From assembly GCA_951406725.2 (NCBI GenBank), contig OX597823.1, positions 110,484,001-110,548,000 of the forward strand: a DNA stretch of 64,000 nucleotides, given 5' to 3'. The stretch comes from Octopus vulgaris (Eukaryota). Position numbers and translations under genes: made by a program. The notes beneath the pieces are model-generated. The model worked only from the letters and a program-made list of their open reading frames with translations. It had not been told where the DNA came from and did no database searches. Positions 56,976-64,000 of the stretch are shown in pieces (position 1 is the first letter of the stretch; every line of letters starts with the position of its first letter).

Positions 56976-58317
56976 TTACAAGTGGCATTCTATGGTTTGT
57001 TCTGAAGAGAAATTATCATTCTGTATAAATGGTAAACTAGAAGAAACCCTGCATTTGTCTTCAAGTGATTGTATTTACTCAGTTACATTACCTACTAAGA
57101 ATAGCAGCCAAATATCCTGTCCCCTCAAATTGCATCATACCTTTTAAAGAAACAACACACTGGACAATGTATTCCTATAATATAAAAATGATGAGGATGT
57201 TCATGGTAGGAACGTATTTGATAATAGATTTGCTCAAGCAAAGTTGTCCTGTGACTAAACAACTATTCCTTTCTTTGACTACAGAAGCCATTTGAATTAA
57301 CAAAACAGAATAATAGATTAACAAGGAAGAATAAAATGGAACTTGAAAGATTTGATTAGAATTTTTTTTTACATAACGTTTTTTAGTGGCATTTTATGTG
57401 CATTAAGATATGTGCTGACAGAGATGAATGAGAACGCAAAAGGTACAAAAGGGGACAAATATATATTTTGGTAAAATAGCCTTCAAGTTGCAATAAAACT
57501 ACAAAATTTAGAATCAAAACAAGAAGAAAATTATTCTCTCTACAGAATATGAGTGACAGGTAAAAAGACTGCCAATAAATAGACTTGTTTTCTCCCCCTT
57601 TATGGTGTTTTTTTAGAATCAGTATTTTTATGGTTTACCTATCTGGCCATGAATACTGCTATAAATCCAACTGACACTGCAAAAATGCCATACCATTATG
57701 AGAATATTACATTTACCAAAAACAGATAGCTCAGCTTACATGCATAAAGCATAAATAAAATATATAACTTAATATCAAATATGAAATATCAGTTTCAGTT
57801 ACAGTTTCCAAATAGATTCTCCATTCAGGATATGTATAGCAGGATAAAGGCTAAAAGATGTCCCAAAAGTTATAAGTGTTAGGGATTTAAGGAGTAAAAC
57901 CTCAATTCTGATTTTGAGGAGTAGACTGGCCAGAAAATGGTTAAACTATGCAACAGTGTGAAAAGTATAATGCAGTATCACTAGCATAAACATGAATGGG
58001 TTCTTAAATACCCCTAGAAACGTTTAAGCAAATGAAATTACACCTGTAATGGAAAGGGAAAGAAAAATCAGCGACAATTAATATAAAAAAGACAAGGGAG
58101 ATAAATCTGCAATTTTCTGAACTACATTTCGATCTGATTCAGCAACATTTAGGTTTACACATACAGACTTTAGAATGACGGAGATGTACTCGCATAGCAA
58201 GTAATTTGATCTGAGATCGTGTGCTGAAACAAAAACAATTGCAGCGTGGAAAGTGTTTGTAAGCTATTTAAGAAACACACAAAAGCCGTTCGAATTCACT
58301 TCAACATTTGAGTTTAA

Positions 58318-58367
58318 TTTGTCAAAATATTTTCGTCACTAAAATCCGCGACCTGTTCACTGACAAA
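58318..58367 (-). ncRNA. Variant minimal hammerhead (G3:C8 swap), left-arm copy
   Basis: Minus strand: TTTGTCA-GTGAACA-G-GTCG-cggattttag-TGAC-GAAA-ATAT-TT-TGACAAA. Confidence 0.6.
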
Positions 58368-58389
58368 AATCCGTGGTACAGCATAGATT

Positions 58390-58441
58390 TTTGTCAGTGA
58401 ACAGGTCGAGGATCTTAAAGCGACGAAAATATTTTGACAAA
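58390..58441 (+). ncRNA. Variant minimal hammerhead (G3:C8 swap), right-arm copy
   Basis: TTTGTCA-GTGAACA-G-GTCG-aggatcttaaag-CGAC-GAAA-ATAT-TT-TGACAAA. 7-bp stem I, 4-bp stem II, palindromic stem III AATATT. Confidence 0.65.
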
Positions 58442-59357
58442 TTAAACTTAAATGTTGAAGTGAATCGAACGGCTTTTGTGTGTTTCTTAAATGGCTTACA
58501 AACACCTTCCACGCTGCAATTGACTTTAGAATGACATGGAATATATTGGCACTGGCAATCACATATATCCATGCCAAATCCTGAATTCTCATGATGTTTT
58601 GGGGAAAAGACACAGAATGATTCAAAGTGTTTTCTGCTTGTTTATTTGCTAACTAGTCTTTTACTTTCCAGGACTTACAAAGAATAAGTCCTGGGGTTGA
58701 TTTGCTTGACTAAAGGCAGTGCTCCAGCATGGCCACAGTCAAATGACTGAAACAAGTAAAAGAGTAAAAGAGTAATGAGTATGCGACACACTAGTAATTA
58801 TCAGATTCCCATGAGACGAGAACTCTGGCAGTAATTTTTAACTCTACATGTTCAAAATCAGACTAATGGGCCACTGTTTGTTCAAAAGGTATGTCAAGAT
58901 TCCGATAGGTAAAAAAATCTCATGACATGCTTTTTTAAAATTTAAAACGTTTTTGGGCAACATTGGGTCTTTATTGTTTCTGTCCAAGTGGCACTAGCAA
59001 ATAAGGCTTTGCTACAATTGCCAAACCAATTCACTTTTACAGTCGTTATGTAGAGAATAATTCACCCATCATTTCAACTACATTTGCTGTAATCATTTTG
59101 ATACGGTCCTTCGATAATTTACCAGTAACACCAGTTGTCTTAAGACTTGGGATACTTGTACTTCGTGGTCCTTGTTACTACACTCAGCTTGGTGAATCAC
59201 AACTTCTGGGAGATAACTATCAATGAAAATGTCATTGATAATGATACTGAAGACCAATGAGTAGTTTGAAGTATATAGCAAATATGTCATCCTATTAGCA
59301 TTGTCCACTTTGGTGGCCTCCAAAGTTTTCTTCATGAAGTTTTATAAAGATGTTTTA

Positions 59358-59588
59358 AGGTGGTGGGATGGCAGAAATGTTGGCATACCGGGCGAAATGC
59401 TTAGCGGTATTTCACCTGCCGCTGCATTCTGAGTTCAAATTCTGCTGTGGTCGACTTGGTCTTTCATCCTTTCAGGGTCGATTAAGTAAGTACCAGTTAC
59501 GCACTGGGGTCGATACAATCGACTTAATCCGTTTGTCTGTCCTTGTTTGTCCCCTCTATGTTTAGCCCCTTGTAGGCAATAATGAAAC
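59358..59588 (+). mobile_element. SINE family B
   Basis: Full-length diverged copy. Confidence 0.8.
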
Positions 59589-59879
59589 AAGAAACATTAG
59601 CGATAATTTAATTATGAACGAACTACCTAAAATGACAGATGCAAAAGACTTTGATGATAGTAGTGGTGGCGGTGGTGGTGGTGGTGGTGGTGGTGGTGGT
59701 GGTGGTGGTGGTAGTGATGGTGGTGGTGGTGGCAATAGTGGTGCTACTACTACTATTGGTGCTGGTGGTTGTAGGAATGATGGTTCTTTAGTGATTTTTG
59801 GAGAAGTGGTACAATAGTTGTGGTAGTCATGCAGTACTTGTGCTGGTGATGGTTTCGCAGTTATAAAGGTTGTGATATC

Positions 59880-60486
59880 GGGAGCTGGCAGAATCGTTAG
59901 CACACCGGGTGAAATGCTTAATGGTATTTTGTCTGCTGTTACGTTCTGAGGTTCTGAGTTCAAATTCCGCCGAGGTCGACTTTACCTTTCAGCCTTCTGG
60001 GGTCGATTAAATAAGTACCAGTTTCTGGGGTCGATATAATCAACTTAATCCATTTGTCTGTCCTTGTTTGTTCCCTCTATGTATTTAGGCCTTTGTGGGT
60101 AGTAAAGAAATAGGTATTTTGTCTGCTGTTACGTTCTGAGGTTCTGAGTTCAAATTCCGCCGAGGTCGACTTTACCTTTCAGCCTTCTGGGGTCGATTAA
60201 ATAAGTACCAGTTACTGGGGTCGATATAATCAACTTAATCCATTTGTCTGTCCTTGTTTGTTCCCTCTATGTATTTAGGCCCTTGTGGGTAGTAAAGAAA
60301 TAGGTATTTCGTCTGCTGTTACGTTCTGAGGTTCTGAGTTCAAATTCCGCCGAGGTCGACTTTGCCTTTCATCCTTTCAGGGTCAATTAAATAAGTACCA
60401 GTTACGCTCTGGGGTCAATGTAATTGACTTAATCTCTTTGTCCTTGCTTGTACCCTCTGTTTATCCCCCTGTGGGCAAGAAAGAAA
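59880..60486 (+). mobile_element. SINE family B tandem trimer
   Basis: One head followed by units restarting at GGTATTT (60113 and 60303). Confidence 0.85.
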
Positions 60487-60519
60487 CAGTTGTGGCTTAA
60501 GTCTTGGTGGTCATGGGAT

Positions 60520-61160
60520 GTTGCTGGTTGTGATATTGTTGTTGGCACAGTTGTTTTTTTGTTGTTTTTGTTGTTTGTGTTCATGGTGGTGGTGGTGGTG
60601 GTGGTGGTGGTGGTAATAATGGTTGTGGTGTTAATAGTGGTAGTTATGGAGTTGATACCTAACAGAGCGGTTGTGGTAGCAACGACGATGATGATGGCAG
60701 TGAAGCTGATGCTGATGAGGATGATACTTGCAATGGTTACGGCACTGGCACAGGTGTTGGTGATGGTGATGGTGACGGTGGCAGTTGGAGTCACAGCAAT
60801 GTGGTTGAGTGCAGTGGTTGCGATCATGGTGGTGATGATGCTTGTGAGAGTTGTAAAAGTAGTTGCTGTGATGCTGATGATTGTAGTGGTGATGGTGGTG
60901 GTGGTGGTGGGGGATGTTTAATATTTTGCATAGCAGTTTGTGATGTTGATGGTGATGTTTGTGGTAGTGGTAGTGGTAGCAGTAGTACTCAAAACGGGGA
61001 TGGTAATGGTGATAGTAGGAGGGGGTAGTGGTGGTGGTCATAGTATGGTAGTGGTGTTGATAATGAAAGTAGCAGCAGCAGTAGCAGCAATAGTAGTAGT
61101 AGTAGTAATAGTAGTAATAGTAGTATTGGTAGCAGCAGGAGCAGCAGTAGCAGTAGCAGC

Positions 61161-61213
<53 letters not shown>

Positions 61214-61247
61214 TAGTAGAAGTAGTAGTAGTAGTAGCAGTAGTAGC

Positions 61248-61300
<53 letters not shown>

Positions 61301-61608
61301 AGTGGTGGTAAAAGAGTTAATGATTGCAGTGGCAGTTGCAATGGCTGTGGTGGTGGTGGCGGCGGTGGTGGTGACAGTATTAGTGATGGTGGTAGTGGTT
61401 TTGCATCATTCAATGTAAAAATATGATGACAGCAATGATGAGAGAGGAAGAGGGAGAAGGAGAGGGAGAGGAAGAGGGAGAAGGAGAGTGAGAGGAAGAG
61501 GGAGAGATGACTGGAGAAGGAGTTGGGAAGTTGCATGGTATCATGAGAGGAAGAAGGGGAAATCCACTGGAGGAGGAGGAGGAGGAGGAGGAAGAAGAAG
61601 AAGAAGAA

Positions 61609-61652
<44 letters not shown>

Positions 61653-61656
61653 GGAA

Positions 61657-61730
<74 letters not shown>

Positions 61731-61840
61731 AGAAGAAGAAGAAGAAGAAGAAGAGAGGAAGAAGAAAAGAGGAAGAAGAAGAAGAGGGGAAGAAGAAGAA
61801 GAGAGGATGAAGAAGGAGGAGAGGAGGAGGAGGAGGTGGA
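60520..61840. repeat. Trinucleotide microsatellite field (GGT, GTA, GCA, GAA)
   Basis: Directly visible; explains the low-complexity ORFs here. Confidence 0.95.
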
Positions 61841-62588
61841 GGTTATTGTAATGAGATGAAGTGGTAGTGAGAGTTGAGTAAATAGGCAAGGGCGAGAGGA
61901 GGGGGTTGGGCCAATATTTGTTTACGTTTTTTTAATGTTATTTTGTTGTTATTCTAGGAATGTAATTTCCTATAAAGTACAATGATAGGAAGAGAGAAGA
62001 CTATTTCGTAAATAGGTGGTTTTCATACCTAGCCTCCCACCCCACCCCATCATCACCCACCACTTTACCAAAATTTCTTTTTCACCCTCACTTCCTCCTC
62101 TTTCCTTCTTAACTCTTTCTGTCTCTTTTTCTAACGTTACCTTCTAATTCAAGAAACTACCTCCCACCTTCCATTACATATTATTAACTTTCACTATAAT
62201 TTATTCCCTCCTCCTCCCCCCCTTTCACTCTTTCTCTCTCTCACTCTCTCTCTCTCTCTTTCAAGTTATTAATATCCCTCCCACCATTTCATTTCATTTC
62301 ATTTCGAATGCTTTTTCTCTTTCTCTCTATTTCTATTTCTTTCCTTTTCTCTCTTATTCGAGTTATATCTCTCTCTTTCACTATCATATTTTATTATCCT
62401 TCTCTCTCTCTCTCTCTCCCTCTCTCTCCTTGATCTTCTTTCCTCTCTTTCTCACATTCAATTTACATCTATCTCAGCTGTGGATACATTACATTACCTA
62501 TCCTTATATCTCTCTTTGTCTATCTCATTTTCTATTCATCTAAGCAAACACACACATACAAAGATGCACAAGCAGACATACACACGTA

Positions 62589-62724
<136 letters not shown>

Positions 62725-63215
62725 ATATATATATATTTGTATATATATATATATATCATGAGCTTCTTTCAGTTTCGTCTACTAAATCCAATTACAAGGC
62801 TTTAGTCGGCTGAAGACTATAGTAGAAGATACTTGTCCAAGGTGCCATGCAGTGGGACTGAACCTGGAACCATGGGGTTGGTAAGCAAGCTACTTACCAC
62901 GCAGTCACTCCTGCACCAACATACATATATAAAACATAAATACATACATATGTACTATTCTTATACTTGTTTTAGTCATTTGACTGCGGCCATGCTGGAG
63001 CACCACCTTCAAAATATTTAGTCAAATGAACCAACCCTGGTACTTAAGTTTTTAAGCATGATACTTATTCAACTGGTTGGGATAGAACCTGGAACCATGT
63101 GGACAGAAAGCAAACTTCTTATCACACAGCCATACTTGCACAGCCCTGCTTGTGCCTAGATACATATATACACACTCATATATATATATCTGTGTATGTA
63201 TTGTATATGTATTAA

Positions 63216-63246
<31 letters not shown>

Positions 63247-63262
63247 CACACGTATATATATA

Positions 63263-63290
63263 CAGGGTTGGCCAAAAGTCACCTGAGAGT
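63263..63290 (+). mobile_element. Possible Tc1/mariner-type TIR
   Basis: TA+CAGGGTTGGCCAAAAGTCACC directly after (TA)n. No partner TIR was found. Confidence 0.35.
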
Positions 63291-63507
63291 GAATCAAAAC
63301 CCAATTAATTCCAAAATTAAAACACGAAATTATTTTATATGAGACTTCACTAATAAATAGACAAATGTTGAAAAAAAAAAAAAAACGGTGATTTTAACTC
63401 AGAGAATTCTATTATTAAACATTTATAATTGGAATGAATAAATAAAACTGAATATTAAGTATTTACGAAATTTTGATTTACTGTTGAGTAACTTTTTGCC
63501 ATCCTTG

Positions 63508-63540
<33 letters not shown>

Positions 63541-64000
63541 ATAAAGTTATGTTCATATATGTATATGTATAAATACTGTAAATTGGTTGGTGTGAAGAAG
63601 GGCATCCACCCATAGAAACCATGCCAAAGTTGATACAAGTTCTTGGTACAACATCACAGTTCAGTGGATCTGGACAAACCATCCAAACCATGGGAAGTGG
63701 ACATTGAACAATGATGATTATGATGATGAGGAGGAAGAAGATGATGATGACAACGACAACGATGATCTGATTAACTTTTGACTGCAATTGCCAACGAACT
63801 ACATAGTAAAATTATATGATGTAGTCTGTGAAAATTATTACCTGAATGTCCAAGATTTTCTCAAAGATATAAACCTCTATAAGTGTTTGTACCCTGTTTT
63901 TCTAAAACCAAAAAAATCTATGTTACATCCTAATGCCACAAAATTTGTGCCACAGATGCTGACAAGTGAAGGAAAAGGGAATTGATCCAGGGTCAGTTAA

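Larger units (their letters stand above)
58166..58535. mobile_element. Foldback insert (arms 58236-58371 / 58386-58522) flanked by a 14-bp direct repeat
   Basis: GACTTTAGAATGAC at 58166-58179 and 58522-58535. ~136-bp arms around a ~14-nt loop; the left side is about 56 bp longer. Confidence 0.9.

Noticed and set aside
60429-61889. Long ORFs (up to 301 aa) of poly-Y/H/V/E/S
   Set aside because: Trinucleotide microsatellite translations. The same applies to poly-I, poly-L and IYIY ORFs throughout the window.

Overview
AT-rich, microsatellite- and SINE-saturated eukaryotic DNA, most likely intergenic or intronic. The repeat families look like those of octopod cephalopods (inference from recall, not a search). 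No intact protein-coding gene can be supported, and most ORF-track entries are microsatellite artefacts. The window holds dozens of SINE-type copies from at least five families, most with tRNA-like heads. It also holds decayed mariner, Helitron, hAT-MITE, Merlin, R4/Dong-like, L1/Tx1-like and Penelope-like (GIY-YIG) fragments. The main hidden signal is a set of type I hammerhead ribozyme (HHR) motifs with short palindromic stem III in five unrelated sequence contexts, three of them in inverted-repeat inserts. One is a perfect canonical HHR (45857-45946, minus strand). Another is a back-to-back pair in a TSD-flanked foldback insert (58166-58535) whose core carries the compensatory G3:C8 swap (GUGAACA in place of CUGANGA). 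One SINE family also appears to prefer GGTA targets and to insert into copies of itself. All coordinates and pairings were read by eye; ribozyme activity is untested.
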